Shown piece by piece: positions 47,772 to 61,900 of a stretch of 64,000 nucleotides of DNA; positions within the stretch are counted from its first letter, which is position 1, and every line of letters starts with the position of its first letter. The position numbers were made by a program, and so were the translations under genes. The stretch is from Octopus vulgaris (Eukaryota). The DNA is taken from NCBI GenBank assembly GCA_951406725.2, contig OX597815.1:75888001-75952000 (forward strand), written 5' to 3'. The notes under the pieces were generated by a model. The model was not told the origin of the DNA. It was given only the letters and a program-made list of their open reading frames with translations, and did no database searches.

Positions 47772-48669
47772 CTGAAGATAAAAAGAAAAACAAAAATATT
47801 ATCCATTAGTTAATGTAAAAGTATTTCATTTATACTTAAAATATATAACAATCAACTGATAAAGAGATAAACAGACAGACAGGCAGTCAGCTAGATAGTG
47901 GTCAGATACACATATAGACTTACACACACAAACTTAAGTTTGTTTTACCATGCTGTTACGTGTTGGATGAATATCTTTCACTGAGGGAAAGTTCTACAAC
48001 TGGGCAACGTGGCTATAAAATAATACTTCAGTAATATGTAGCTGTTCAATGCTAACATAGAAAAACAGAAATAAAACAAATGAATGAACATCTGTATACT
48101 TGTGTGTCTCAGAACTGTAAAGAGAGGTGACAGCATCTTGGTTTACAAGCCTCTTTCCAAAACAGGGGATCATGATATCACATCAAAGCTGACACATACA
48201 TAAACACTTTCTTATATATCTTAAAAACATGAACATAAAAATATAGGCAATAAAAACAAAGATCTCTGATTTTAAGTTATTCTTTTGTATATGAAAGACT
48301 TTTTGCAAAAAGTGATATGAATGCATGTAAATATATGTGCATCTATTTTGATAATTTTGTTTATTTATTTCTTGTAAAATTCTTTGGGTACTAAAGATAA
48401 GTTAATTACAATATTGCAATCTCTTGTTTGGCAGAATTCAAAATGCCAGGAAACTTATTTTTCACTTTAATGTTCTGGATCATTACTAATATCCTCTAAG
48501 ACAACAGCAACATTGGGTTGTTATTAATATTATTATTATTATTACGAGCAGAGAAACCCAGCCTTGCTTGGGATTAAAATAGTTTATTATTGTTTTATTT
48601 GTTTCGGTATGATAACCTGATTTCATTCGGCTCTACTTGGGCCACATTTTAAAAGATGAGGAATTTTAC

Positions 48670-48980
48670 CCTAGAGGCCACACGTAAAAGCACCATCCGT
48701 TCGTGGCCGTTGCCAGCCTCGCCTGGCCCCCATGCTGGTGGCACGTAAAAAGCACCATCCGTCCATGGCCGTTTGCCAGCTCCGTCTGGCACCTGTGCGG
48801 GTGGCACATAAAAAGCACCCACTACACTCACAGAGTGGTTGGCGTTAAGAAGGGCATCCAGCCATAGAAACACTGCCAGATCAGACTGGGCCTGATGCAG
48901 CCTTCTGGCTTCATAGACCCCAGTTGAACCGTTCAACCCATGCTAGCATGGAAAGTGGACGCTAAATGATGATGATGATG
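48670..48980 (+). mobile_element. 3' UTR and tail of the RTE family seen at 32269
   Basis: Two minisatellite units plus the terminal CCATGCTAGCATGGAAAG..(GAT)n. Confidence 0.85.
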
Positions 48981-48986
48981 ATACAC

Positions 48987-49034
<48 letters not shown>

Positions 49035-49859
49035 AATTAGCACAATAAATATCTGTTATCATGATTGTGCAGTGGTGGTGGGTGATAATTCAACATTCTA
49101 AAAGACCTGTGGCGGGAATATCTAAACTTTTGCGGCTGTCAACGCTTTCTCTCTGTAGATACAGACAGACATACAGAGAGAGAGGTGGTAGGAGAAAGAG
49201 TGACAGAGAGACAGCGAAGGCAAAGAGGGGAAAGAGAGTGGAAGCTGTCAAACGTTGTTATAGAGAGAAACTGGAGGGAAGGGAGGAAAGAGAGAAATCG
49301 AGGAAGACAGGGTGATATCTGAAAGAGAGAAGTGACACACACTTGTCAAAGTCTGGGTTGTGCTGCCCTAGTAACCACAGCTTTTGAGATGGAGATTTCT
49401 AACCTAGTCCAGTCGCTTCCTCGCCTCATTTTACATGTCCCTGTAAATTTTTGCTGCAATCCAAGCACACCTACTGCCATTGAACCCTGCATAACTAAAT
49501 GAGACACACAAATGTACAACTTTCGGCCACTTTTATATAGAGCGATTATTATTATTATTATTATCATTATTATTATTATAATAAGGCAGCAAGCTGGCAG
49601 AATTGTCAGAACACCAGAAAAAATGCTTAGTGGAATTTTGTTCAGTTTTACGTTCTAAATTCAAGACCTGCTAAGGTTGACTATGCCTTTCATCATTTCA
49701 ATGTTGAAATAAGTACCAGTCAAGTACTGAGGTCAATGTAATCAACTAACCCCACCCACAAAATCTCAGGCCTTCTGCCTATAGTAGAAAGGATTATTAT
49801 TGTTAAAGCTAATTTAATTAGATGATAGCTTGAGGTCTGGCTATAACTTCCCTCAAATC

Positions 49860-50175
49860 TCAAGAATCATACTTAGGATTCTTGCAGAACACAGAATGTC
49901 ACTTTTCTGCAAGTCAACAATGCAAATCTTACTTCCAATATCCTTTAACCTCCTAAGTAGCAGTTAAAGTGTTGTGCCAAATGCACCAACTACCACAGGA
50001 ATGATCATCATCTTAATCTTTCACAATCTCTGACTAGGTCCTGATATTTCTCAATTTCTATGATATCTATTCTACTATCATATGATATTACACATTTTTT
50101 CTTCTTTTTGTCCTCTATAATATCTGATTTCTTTGCTCCAAAAGTATGGTCAGTCACTATGGAGAAATCCCATAT
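49860..50175 (-). mobile_element. R4/Dong-like non-LTR retrotransposon, C-terminal restriction-like endonuclease fragment
   Basis: WDFSIVTDH..KSDII..DKKKKKC, EKYQDL, IIPVVVGAFG and LQKS..L.SARIL remnants, adjacent to (ATT)n tracts. Confidence 0.7.
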
Positions 50176-51224
50176 CATTATTATTAGGCGATGTGCTGAC
50201 ACAATCATTATTGTGCTGGGTAAAATGCTTAACAGCATTTCATCGGTCTTTACGTTCTCAGATCAAATTCTGACAAGGTCAACTTTGACTTTCATCCTTC
50301 CAGGGTCAATAAAATAAGTACCACTTGAATATTGAGGATCAATGTAATCAACCTATCCCCTCTCCCAAAATTTCTGGCCTTGTTCCAAAATTTGAAATTA
50401 TTATTATTATTATTATTATTAAAAATTGAATTTAATTAGTTGTATAATGGCTGAAGGAGAAAACAGACACAGATTGGGATATTTAATTTTAATATCTATA
50501 ACAGATTGCTGTTTAATAAGTCATATGATAGAACTCTTTCTACTTGAAGAAGGAAGTTCTTGAATTACAGAATATAATTTTGGTTCTCTACACTACTGAA
50601 TTCTCCAATTACACACATGAAGTGATAATAGAACATTATAATCACAATTGTTCTACATCCATTTTCCATATCAGCATAGGTCAGACAGTTAAACAGGATT
50701 CAACAAGCCAGAAGGCTACATCTGGCTTCCAATGTCACAATTTTGATTTTGTTTCTACAAGTGAATGCCCTTCTTAAGACCAACATTTCATAAAATGTAC
50801 TGGATGCATTTTTTGTGGCACCAGCACAATAAAGGTTACCTTGACACCAAAAGACTAAAGAGCCCTCTTAAACCCTTAGTTAGTACTTGATTTCATGTGC
50901 TAACTTCTTATAGAGTCTAATGAATGCCTTTTTGCAGCACCAGCACTTGTGGGGTTGTCTTGCAGCTCACAAGGTGAAAGAGAGCCTTCATGAAGGATGT
51001 TATAAATTTATTGTTGTGAGTTGTTGTTATGAGGACAAGGGACTAACAGGAAAAGTAGATAACCCAATTCAATACTTGACAGTTTTTAGTTTCTGCTTTC
51101 TAATTCATATTAAGGGAATTCATACATCTACAATACTAATCAAATAGCTTATATTATATAAGCAACTTATGATGCAATCTTGCAATTAATGTAAACACTG
51201 AGTTGGTGTTTTATCCAGGTATCT

Positions 51225-51613
51225 TATTCTTTTATTTGTTTCAGTCATTTGACTGTGGCTATGCTGGAGCACCGCCTTTAGTTGAACATATCAACCCCAG
51301 GACTTATTCTTTGTAAGCCTGGTACTTATTCTTTCGGTCTCTTTTTGCCAAACTGCTAAGTTATGGGGACATGAACACACCAACATCGGTTGTCAAGCGA
51401 TGGTGGGGGAACAAACACAGACACACAAACACACACACATATACATATACGATGGGCTTCTTTCAGTTTCCATCTACCAAATCCACTCACAAGGCTTTGG
51501 TCAGCCCAAGGCTATAGTTGAAGACACTTGCCCAACGTGCCACGCAGTGGGACTGAACCTGGAACCATGTGGTTGGTAAGCAAGCTACTTTCCAGACAAC
51601 CACTCCTGTGCCT
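51225..51613 (-). mobile_element. Full-length tRNA-derived SINE
   Basis: Minus-strand head with GGTTCAGTCCC B box, GGGCAAGTGTCTT core, (TG)n, and a GGTGCTCCAGCATAGCCAC..GAATAA tail. Many partial copies occur elsewhere (e.g. ~325-460, 16270-16410, 25150-25290, 35735-35880, 43930-44070). Confidence 0.88.
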
Positions 51614-52713
51614 ATAATATATAAGGTCTGTAACAATTCATTTTGAAATGGCTGTATTTAATGCATTTCAAATCACTTCCATACAGCAGATATTTAGGTT
51701 GCTTTTTTTTCTACTTTGGACAGAATAGTTATTGTAAAAGTTCAGATATTATTACTACAAAGTTGGTACACTGAAAATCTGGGATATACTCATCATTTTA
51801 TGTCCATTTTCCATGACATCATGGGTTGGATGGGTGACAGGATCCAGCAAGCCACAGCTGTACAGAGCTCTAGTGTCAGCTTTGGCATACTTCCTATGGC
51901 TCAGTGCCCTTCCTGACACCAACCAATTTACAGAGTATATTGGATGCTTTTCTCATGTCATCGGCACCAATGAGGTGGCCAATTAACTTGCAAGACAGGA
52001 AAAGAACACGGAGAAAAATTCTTAGTAAATCATTCTATGCACTTGATTTGTGCCTCCAGCTGATGCTACCTGAAGATTTGAAGAATTTATCAAGAATACG
52101 AGTGCCAAAAGCTGAATACCAACTCGAAGCTATATGGCAATTTTAAATATTCCATATTTAATAATGTCCATGAGATATTATCTTACAAAAATTAGTATAT
52201 TCAAATAAATATGTTGTCTGCACTCATTTTGTATTAGAAAGTATTCTGTATTTAAAATTGTTTTATTGATAAAATTTTTCTAACAAATAATATATTTATA
52301 AATATATTGTATGAAAAGTTGTTTCAAGGTCCAATGAAAACCATTTTGATGAAGTATCATTCAACAAGCCATACTACACACACTCACACTCAACACATAC
52401 TTGAAAAACAATTAGTTAGCAAGAGGATGGGTAACCAGCAAGCAAACAAGCTTCAATAATATGAGGTTCATATAACTCATGTGAGCATGAAAAAATAGAC
52501 ATAAAACAAAGACACAAGCTTCCATACAGTTTTTATGCATTGGTTGTCCCAAAGCTATTGTAGAAGACACTTTTCCATAATACCATGCAGTAGGATAGAA
52601 CCTGGAACCACATGGTTATGAAGTTAACACCCTATCCACACAACCATGAACATGACACACACATACATTGATATGTAGGTAAATTTTAATGTAAAAAGTG
52701 TATAAATACATAC

Positions 52714-52849
52714 GCTGTAAAGTCAGCTGCTCCCGTGGCAGCCCGGGTAGCCTCTCTGTTTAGTGCAGCACCCCACACCGCTCCCTTGTGGCCTTCAAAA
52801 GTACCAATCCAATCTCCAGTTTCTCCTTGCCGTAACATGGGTTTTCCAT
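52714..52849 (-). CDS. STRAP: STRAP (serine-threonine kinase receptor-associated protein/unrip, WD40), first exon visible in window (probably coding exon 2)
   Basis: Acceptor tgtgcag and donor GTATGT on the minus strand. Encodes [46 protein letters not shown]. Confidence 0.96.
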
Positions 52850-54349
52850 CTGCACAAACATAATGATTATACACTCATGAAATGAACAGTGGCTAAACCA
52901 AAAATAAAACAATGCATTATCCACCTGAAGAATATACAAGTGTACATAGTTTCAATGAAAAAATTAAAATTAAAACTTGAAAATGGAAATTATGAATGCC
53001 TAACGTTTTTAACATGATATCACCAACATTTGGGTAGAAGTATAATTGACTTTAACCCCACAAGAAATGTAAATAAACACATCTATGACTTCTACTTTGT
53101 ATTAATACAGAAACATATTAAAAATTTCATGAAATAAGAATGTATGATAAATGAATAACACACAATAAATAAAACAAGATATTATTTAGAAGTACAGGAA
53201 GAAACATTTCAGGCAACTTACACACATATAAATGAGAAACCACTTGTTAAGTAGAGCTGAGACACTGCACATCTCTACCCTCCTACCATCTTTCATATTG
53301 GAATTTAGTACATCCAAACATACCTGTTAAAGTCCTTTGCTTGAGACAAAACAAAGAACATTACACATCCTTCAAATACTCTTGCTTCTACTGATGATAA
53401 TAATCTTGATGTTATTTACACCAAAAGTGTATTGCATGCATGTCTCCAGTATCACAGTGCTATTTGATCTCTGGCAAAACTCATTTGTTTTAGGAATGAA
53501 TGAATTCCTGGTTTGGAGAGGAAAGAGCTTCCACTCATGGGTTTCTGAGAACAAGAACAAGGCAAATTTTCTCTCACTTTACCATGATGTTGTTATAAGT
53601 AATGCATCAAGCAGTATTACTTGAGCAGTAGGCCTCTGATCTTGATATGATTGCTGTTATCAGCCACTCTTTCATTTCACTTCTTCCTCAATCATCAAAA
53701 TTGATTATGACCAAGGGAACCAGTCCATCAGAGAGCTAGGACAAGACAATTACCACTGCCAATGAGCTAAGACCAACAAGGCATTTTTCTCAACACTAAT
53801 GATTCTGCCTATCTACCCACCTTTTTCTAATACAAATGTTGGAGGCAGGGAACAATCATGTCAACTCCAGTATCCAACCGGTACATATTTCAACAGCCTC
53901 AGAAAAATAAAAGACAAGGTCTATATTATATTATAATTCTGCTTGTTCATTCATTCACAAGTTTAGTTTATTTGACAGGGGAGGGGTAGTGAGTGAGAAA
54001 GGATATGACAGAGGGAGAGGGAAAGTGAGATAACAGATAGCCACTTCCATTAACAACACTGCCACATGGTTAATGGAAGCGAGAGGTGAAAAGAAAGAGA
54101 GAAATGGTTAAAAAGTTTGTTAGAGAAAAGGAGGGGAGAGAAGTATAAAGAGTATAGGAGAGAGAAATTTTAAAATCATATATTGTGAGTGGAAGTGAGA
54201 TAACTTAGCAAAATAGCTATGGATATTACTTTTTTTTAAATTTTGCAATGGAATTGAAACTATGTAAATAAAAACATCATGTATATTCTCTATATTGTTT
54301 TGTGTACATTAATTGTATATAGTGTAAAGCAATTATGATGATGATCAGA

Positions 54350-55702
54350 TCATCATCATCGTTTAACATCTGCTTCCCATGCTGGCATGGGTTGGATGGT
54401 CTAACTGAGGACAGGCAAGCCAGGAGGCTGCACCAGGCTCCAATTTGATCTGACAAGGTTTCTATGGTTGGATGCCCTTCCTAATGCCAACCACTCTAGT
54501 GGGTGCTTTTTACATGCCATCAGCATGGAGGCCAGTCAGGCGGCATTGGCATTGATCATACTCAAATGGTGCTTTTTACATGCCACCAGCACGTGTACCA
54601 GTCAAGCTGCATTGGCATCAGCCATGACAACAATTTCACTTGACTCAACAGGTTTTCTCAAGCACAGTATATCGCCTGATGATTGAAGGGTACTTTTAAA
54701 TGGGCCAGTTATACAACACTGGCACTGGCCACAACTACGATCTCATTTGGCTTGTTGGGTCTTCTTAAGCATGGCATATTGCCAAAGGTCTCAGTCACTA
54801 ATCATTGCCTATGTGAGGCCTAAGGTTCGAAGGTCATGCTTCACCACCTCATTCCATGTCTTCCTGGATCTACCTCTTCCACAGGTTCCCTCTACTGTTA
54901 GGGTGTGACACTTCACACAGCTGTCCTCATTCATATGCAACACATGACTATGCCAGCATAGTCGGCTCTCTTGCATGCAAGATCTGATGCTTCTTACGTC
55001 CAACTTTTCTCTCAGGATGCTTACACTCTGTGGTGTATGCACACTGACATTACACATCCAGTGGAGCATACTAGCTTCTGGTCTTTCAAGCCTACGCATG
55101 TCCTCTGCAGTCAAAGCTGTGTAGCATAGCATCATAGTCTACCTTTCACTTTGAACAAGAAGCCCTTTGTTACCAGCAGAGGCAGGAGCTCTTTGAACTT
55201 TGCCTAGGCTATTCTTATTCTAGCAGCTATCTTCTCAGAGCATCCACCGCTGCTACTGACTTGGTCACCTAGGTAACGGAAGCTATGAACTACTTCTAGT
55301 TTTTCCCCCCTGGCGTGTGAAGGCATCTGTTTTCTGTACATTGATGTTTATTGCCCCTGTACATCTGCCACACACAAAAACTATCTTCCCAGTTAATCTT
55401 CCTTTGATATTACTGCACCTCTTATGTGTCCAAAGCTTACACTGGGTACATCTTATGGAGTTTCTACCTACACCTTTTCTATAGATCGAGCAGGGCCATC
55501 TACCTGAAGGGATTTTTGATTTGTCTGTCTTCCTACTTACTAAGACTTTGGTTTTTGTTAGATTGACTCTAAGGCCCTTCGTTTCTAGGCCTTGCTTCCA
55601 TAACTGAAACTTCTCTAATTCTGGTAGTGACTCAGCTATTAGAGCAAGGTCATCAGCATAGAGGAGCTCCCAGGAGCAGTCCGTCTTGAATTCCTGTTAT
55701 TA
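54350..55702 (-). mobile_element. 5'-truncated RTE-type LINE
   Basis: WELLYADDL, MLHWMCNVSV, GRGRSRKTW and the same 3' tail as the 32269 element. Confidence 0.9.
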
Positions 55703-56009
55703 CATAAGGAATATACAATTATATATTGATCTTACAATTTCAATAGACTCAAATACTAATGAATGATATGCATATTAAGTATTATATGTATTGTTATTGT
55801 GTATTTTTCTATCATTTATTGCACAAGCAACGATAAGATTTATATGCAATAAAAATGCAAATCATCCTTTCTTTCTTAAATAGCTCCTCTTAATTATTTT
55901 TCATTCTGTGGAATTTCCATGGGTCCCACATGTAAATATTAAATACCACAAAGTATCATTGCCCAATACACAAACAATTTTGCCTTAATCTTATAATGAT
56001 TATGCATTA

Positions 56010-56720
56010 CCATCATCATCATCCTTTAACATCCATTTTCCACGTTGGCATGAGTTGGATAGTTTGACCAGAGCTGCACTAGTTTCCAGTCTGATTTGGC
56101 TTGGTTTCTTTGGTTGGATGCCCTTCCTAACGCCAAGCATTTTACAGTATGTGCTGGGTGCTTTTAACATGGCACCAACACAAAATGCTTTTGCATAGTA
56201 CCAACACTAGTGCTTTTCATGTACACTGGTACAAGACTCTTGCAGCCTGATCTTCTTCAGAGGGAGTGGCCTTAACACTTCTGCTGTGGAGGACAGGTCT
56301 TCTTGAGTATAGCAAGGCACCAGGTATCTCAGTCCTTTGTCATCCCGTCTGAAAGGTTCAGTGCCCTGAGGTCATCTTTCAATACCTCATCCCAAGTCTT
56401 CCTGGGTCTCCCTCTTCCATGAGTTCCACCCACTTTGAGAGATGAGCACTTCTTTAGAAGCTGTTGGCATCCATCCACATCACATGACCAAACCAGCATA
56501 GTCTTCTCTCCTGCACACTGCATCTAATTCCTCTTATGCGTTCTTTCTCATTCTACTAGCACTCTATCAAATATGTACACTTACATTACTCATCCAGCAG
56601 AGCATACTAGCCTCATTCCTCTCTAGCATTTGCATGTCCTCTGTATTCAGGGCACATATCTCATTACCATGTAGAATTGTTGTTTGTATACATGCAGCGT
56701 ACACTCTTCCTTTCACTCAA
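56010..56720 (-). mobile_element. Older RTE-type LINE 3' fragment
   Basis: GRGRPRKTWDEVLKDDL and the shared tail. Abuts the mariner derivative. Confidence 0.8.
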
Positions 56721-56723
56721 GTA

Positions 56724-57604
56724 CTAGGTCTGATCAATAAGTATCCAGACTGTTGCCGTAGTAACAAAGCTAAATCACGCAGAGTGAAGCCGCTTGACGT
56801 AAATTTGCCTTAAACTCTGCTGTGCATGCGCATCAAGTTTTAACATTCTAACTAACTTCCCCTGTTTACAGCAGTGCTTGGAAGGAAGGTGTATAGCATG
56901 TGATTACTGCATTGACCATGCAAGAGAAAGTTGTCATGGCAATACCTGCTCAGAGGCCTATGCAAAGTTGAAGAAAGTGTATGAGCTGCACACAAGTGTA
57001 CGAGTGGTTCAGATATTTCCAAGATGGCTGAAAAAATGTCGATATTGATGACTGTTCTAGGAGACCCACAACCAGCAGACTTGACAAAAACATTACAGGT
57101 GTGCATGCAGCTGTGAGGGGAAATCATTGAATCACCATCCATGAGTTATCAGAGGATGTGCAAATTAGTTATGTTTCAGTTTAGTCCATTATCACTGAAG
57201 ACTTGGGTATGAAACAAATATCTATCAAGTTTGTGCCAAAACTGCTTTCAGCTGACCAATAAGACACTTGGGTTTTAGTTGCATAAGATCTCCTTGATTG
57301 TATCGAGAACGGTAAAAACTTTTGGAAAACTTTGCATAAGTCTCTAAGCAGATATCACCAAGCTTTTGGCAAAATTTGATGCAGATTCTCTGCTCAACTT
57401 TCTGTTATGGTTAATGCGATGATCACATGCTACATACCTTCCTTCCAAGCACTGCTGTAAACGGTAGAAGTGAACTAGAATGTTAAAACTTAGTGCGCAT
57501 GTACAGCAGAGATCAAGGTCAATCTGTACCAAGCAATTTCACTCTGCATGTTTTAGCTTTGTTACTATGGCAACAGCTTGGATACTTATTGATCAGACTA
57601 CTTG
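56724..57604 (+). mobile_element. Internally deleted mariner derivative with ~200-bp inverted termini
   Basis: 56724-56920 is the reverse complement of ~57405-57604 (GTCTGATCAATAAGTATCC / GGATACTTATTGATCAGAC), with TA flanks. The interior has HTH remnants (YEWFRYF, ITIHELSED, FVPKLL). Confidence 0.85.
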
Positions 57605-58075
57605 TATATGTGTGTGTGTGTGTGAGACCAAAATTTTCCCTTCTGTCAGCTTCCTTAATTCATACCACAGAAATTTCAATTAGTAATAATTTCAAGAACA
57701 AAACAGAACCTCATCAACATGCTAAACCTAAGATTAAACCAGGGACCTTGAGATTTTTAGTCTTATGCTCACTAAGCTACTTTGACTATTTGTAAATGGC
57801 CTCATAATTTTTAGACATATATATTTACTGTCATTAAAAAGAAAATATTTTGCTAATATATACCAAACAAAATAAATTAAATGAACACAGAAAAAACTTC
57901 AATTCAAATTACAAAATAATTCATAAGTGTATTTTTATACAAGATTACACCTTTCTTTTATGGTTTAGATTTATCTGCTACTGACAAAGCTAGTAAGGTA
58001 GAAATGCATCTAACTTCTCACCAGCTGATGCTAAAACAATTTTCATCTGCCTTTGATATATCTGTGTTTTTGATA

Positions 58076-58971
58076 TGTCCCACATTATGACGATGTATTT
58101 TGTCGTCTGTGTGACTGGTCCGAACAGCATACCTCGTTGACTGACATTGCTTGTGTCTGTCTACTATTCATCAGTAGTGGAACAGCTCGCATCTCACTTG
58201 GAGGTGTCCGCCACAACACCTTTCCCATTGAGATTTTTCTTTTTGCCTTTCAAACAGCATTATTTTTTTCTTCAAAATGCCACAAGTAGTACCAGTCTAC
58301 ATTGTTTACTGATAGTGCTACTAACACATAGAGACCTGACTTAAATCCTTCACACGGACTTATTATTTTTTTTTATTCCACACAGAATTATTTCTGTCTT
58401 CCGAATGCCACAGGTGGTACCAGTTTACATTGTTTGCCAGTAGTGCTACTAACACATAGTGACCTAACTTAAATCCTTCGAACAGACTTATTTTTCACTG
58501 TGTGTAGTTCAGTTCTGTGTTAGAGTTCCAGTTTTATCAGACATTTTTTTCTTCAGAATCTTTTTCAAAAGAGTTTATATATTTTCGCTGTATGTAATTC
58601 TGTGTTAGTTCAAATCTTACTTCGGGATTTTTCAGACATTTTTTCTTCTTCAGAATCTTTTCCCAATAGAATTTATATGTTTTCCACTGTGTGTATATTA
58701 TTTTTCACTGTGCAATAGTTCAAATCCTTCTTCAAATTTTTCAGCATGTAGTTGTTGTGCCTTCTTACATAGTCTGTGTTGTGTCTTTCTACCACTGTGT
58801 ATAGTTTGACTCCTCATCGCCACTATGTCCCGCATTATGACAACGTATTTTGTCGTCTGCATGACTAGCTCAAACAGCGTACCTCACTGACTGACACTGC
58901 TTGCTGTGTGTGTCCACTATTTATCAGTAGTGAAACAGCCTACTTCTCACTTGGAGGTGTCCGTCACAACA
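58076..58971 (-). mobile_element. Miniature non-autonomous LTR retrotransposon (TRIM-like)
   Basis: Direct repeats of about 145 bp (58076-58218 and 58826-58971) with TG...CA ends. Minus-strand PBS TGGCGATGAGGA at 58822-58811, PPT GGGAAAGG at 58226-58219, and a non-coding interior. Confidence 0.8.
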
Positions 58972-61900
58972 GTTTTTAATCACAGCACATCCATATAAGA
59001 TATCATCTTAAAATAAAAACTGCAAAAAATTTACCAATTACAATGTATTAATGTTATGCATGATATACAAATGAGTATTTTAATCTAATACTACTTCTGT
59101 TGCACATTATGGATTTTTGTTCATCTGAGCAGCTATTTGCAACATCAGTGAATGCCTATTCACTGTTTTCCTATATTGGTGTATATTTCCTACAGTAAAT
59201 TTGTACCCATCATCATGTATTAACATTAAGTATGATGCACAAACGGCTAAACATTATATTTTTCTGAAACCTATATATTTACACAAATAAAAAATATATT
59301 CTAGTTTTTGCAACCACTTTTCTTAACACAAAATATTTTTACTATCATATATGTTAGGGGTTTTGACAACACACATAACAATTCAGTTGTCACTCAATGT
59401 GCTGAAAACAGCAGCCAAAGTTCTCAGAAACCACACACATAAAAAGTCATAATAAACAATTATAGTTCCTGATATACAAACAAGATTGACATAACTGGAC
59501 GACCATCTATTATAGATTTTCATCTATAACTGATCATATGACAACACCAAAGTTTATTTCGAGTCAATAACATGAGATCTCTGTGCAGACACACTCCCTA
59601 CTAGCCAAATTTCCCTCAACCCATACCCTACCATCATAAATTAGTCTCACAACAGACCTAATAATATATAAACATATATATCATCATTTTAAGATTTGCT
59701 TTTCAATGCTAGTACATGTTAGACAAGACTAACTGAAGCAAACATCTATCAGATTCACAAACTATAGTGAGTACTTGTGGAGGAGGATGACGAGCATCTT
59801 GTAAAATGGCTGAAGTCCTATCTTTGACCTGGTTCCTCAGTCAAAGATATTTTATTATCTATTTATGGATAGCGACAAAAAAAAAAAAAGACCTAAGATT
59901 ATCATGAACAAATTAGTTTTTATTGAGCAAGCATTGATTTAATTCCATCAGATATGTTAGAATTTTATTGGAGAGTCTCACAGTTGAATTTTAGATACAA
60001 TTATTGTAATTTCCGGTGGATAATCAACAGATTAATCCAACCCTAAGCCAGCAGTTTATATTTTCATCCTTTTTCTTTGCTTGAAATCAATTTTGAGAAA
60101 TATTTATTTGTTAGCTGTTAGCATTGATAAATAAAATAAATTTTTTAAATTCAATAATACATCAATTATGCACAAATTACAAAGCTGTACAATTCTTGAG
60201 TATTTTGGTATTTTACAGGAAATTACTATTATTTCAACATCAGAAGGACTTAAATTCAGTAAAAGAGACAAAAAAAAAAGACTTCTCCCATCTCCTTTGG
60301 TTTTTAAAGAAATTTTAATAAAAATTAAAAAATCTGAGAATTTTGGCATGGTAAGAAAATTTTAAATACCACCTCCAAATGTTATTTCAATGCGAATGAA
60401 GAATTTTGTTTTTTCACAATACTTCTTAACATCTCGCTTGAAGTGACTGGCCTATCTCATAGCCTCCCTCTCAATCGGAAATAGGGAGAGAGCCCTTCAG
60501 TCTTGCAAGTTAAGAGGGGATTCATTAAAGCTGATACCAAGCAAAAAACACCCAGTAAGCTTTGTAAAATGGTTGGAGCTAGGGAGGGCATCCAGCTATA
60601 AGGATCATACCAAAACTCTGACACTGGATGAAGACATGGTCCTTTGACCTATTAGATCTTGAAAAATTTACAACTCATGCAAGCATGGGAAGCAAATATG
60701 AAATGAAGATGATGACATGATGAAAAATGCTACAAATGGCTAAATCTGAATATAGATATTTATGTTGCTGTTAGATACCTACACACATCTAGAATGGAAT
60801 ATACAAATGATAGTGCAATAACAGAGTCACAGTGACCAATATAGATAGTTCCAGTAGAGTATATAGCCAGGTATAAATTGTTAACCTTCACAGATGGTCA
60901 TAAAGGTTAGACTGTCTTTCACAATCATAATTCTTAATGATCTAATGCTTTAACTTTGAATAGGTACCAAGTTATGTGCATGTCATAGATATAAACAGTA
61001 GGAGCACTCTATACTGACGAGTGTTTTGTTAATTTGCAGAGGTGAGTTTAAATCTTTTCGTGGGGCAAAAGGAAGTATTGAGAAACTACTACATTTGTAT
61101 GAATCCAGTCTGACAAGTCAAGGTAAATAAATTCAAATATCTAGAAACAGCTAATTGTTATTATGCTAATAAAACTAAACAATAAATTAGCTTTTTTATA
61201 GGTAAAATGCTTCCATTATATTTGATTTCAACAGTGGATAAATGCCATGAGCCAGCAGAAACTTGGAGAAGAAGTAATTAGATCTAAGATGAAGTAATGG
61301 CAAAAGAAAAGAATAACAGAATGAAGAATGATAGAGATTGTCTTCTGTTTGCTATATATTACTTCTAGTATAATTTATGATGCTATTGCATCTAGTCTGG
61401 CACACCAGCAATCCTGTGCTTTGTACCATTTACTAGTACAGGACCCACCTACTTTCCATTCCACTTGTTGCAACTCACATCACTCAATCTCAGCAGCTAA
61501 TCTCAAAGACACTCTAAGTGGCTACATTGGGCCACTACACTCCACCTTCATACTCCCTGCCTGTACTACTTATGAGTCATCACTGTTTCACTTTCTCTGA
61601 CATCATACTCTTGTTCCTTTTCTCCCACACATCCTAGTCCTCTGTCATTGCTCTATCTCTTCTGGTCACACATTCTGGGTCTCTGTCATCATTCTATATC
61701 CTAAGTCACGCCTTAAATATATATGTATATATATACCTAACTCACAATACTCCTATCACTCTACCCCTTATCATACATCTCACTCATCACTATTATTCAT
61801 GTCTCTATCACTGAAGCCTCTCACTTTGTAAAGAGGCTGGCAAACAAGTAGGTGCTTGGGGTTGTGAAATCCTTTTAGTCTTGTCAAGAACATGACACCT

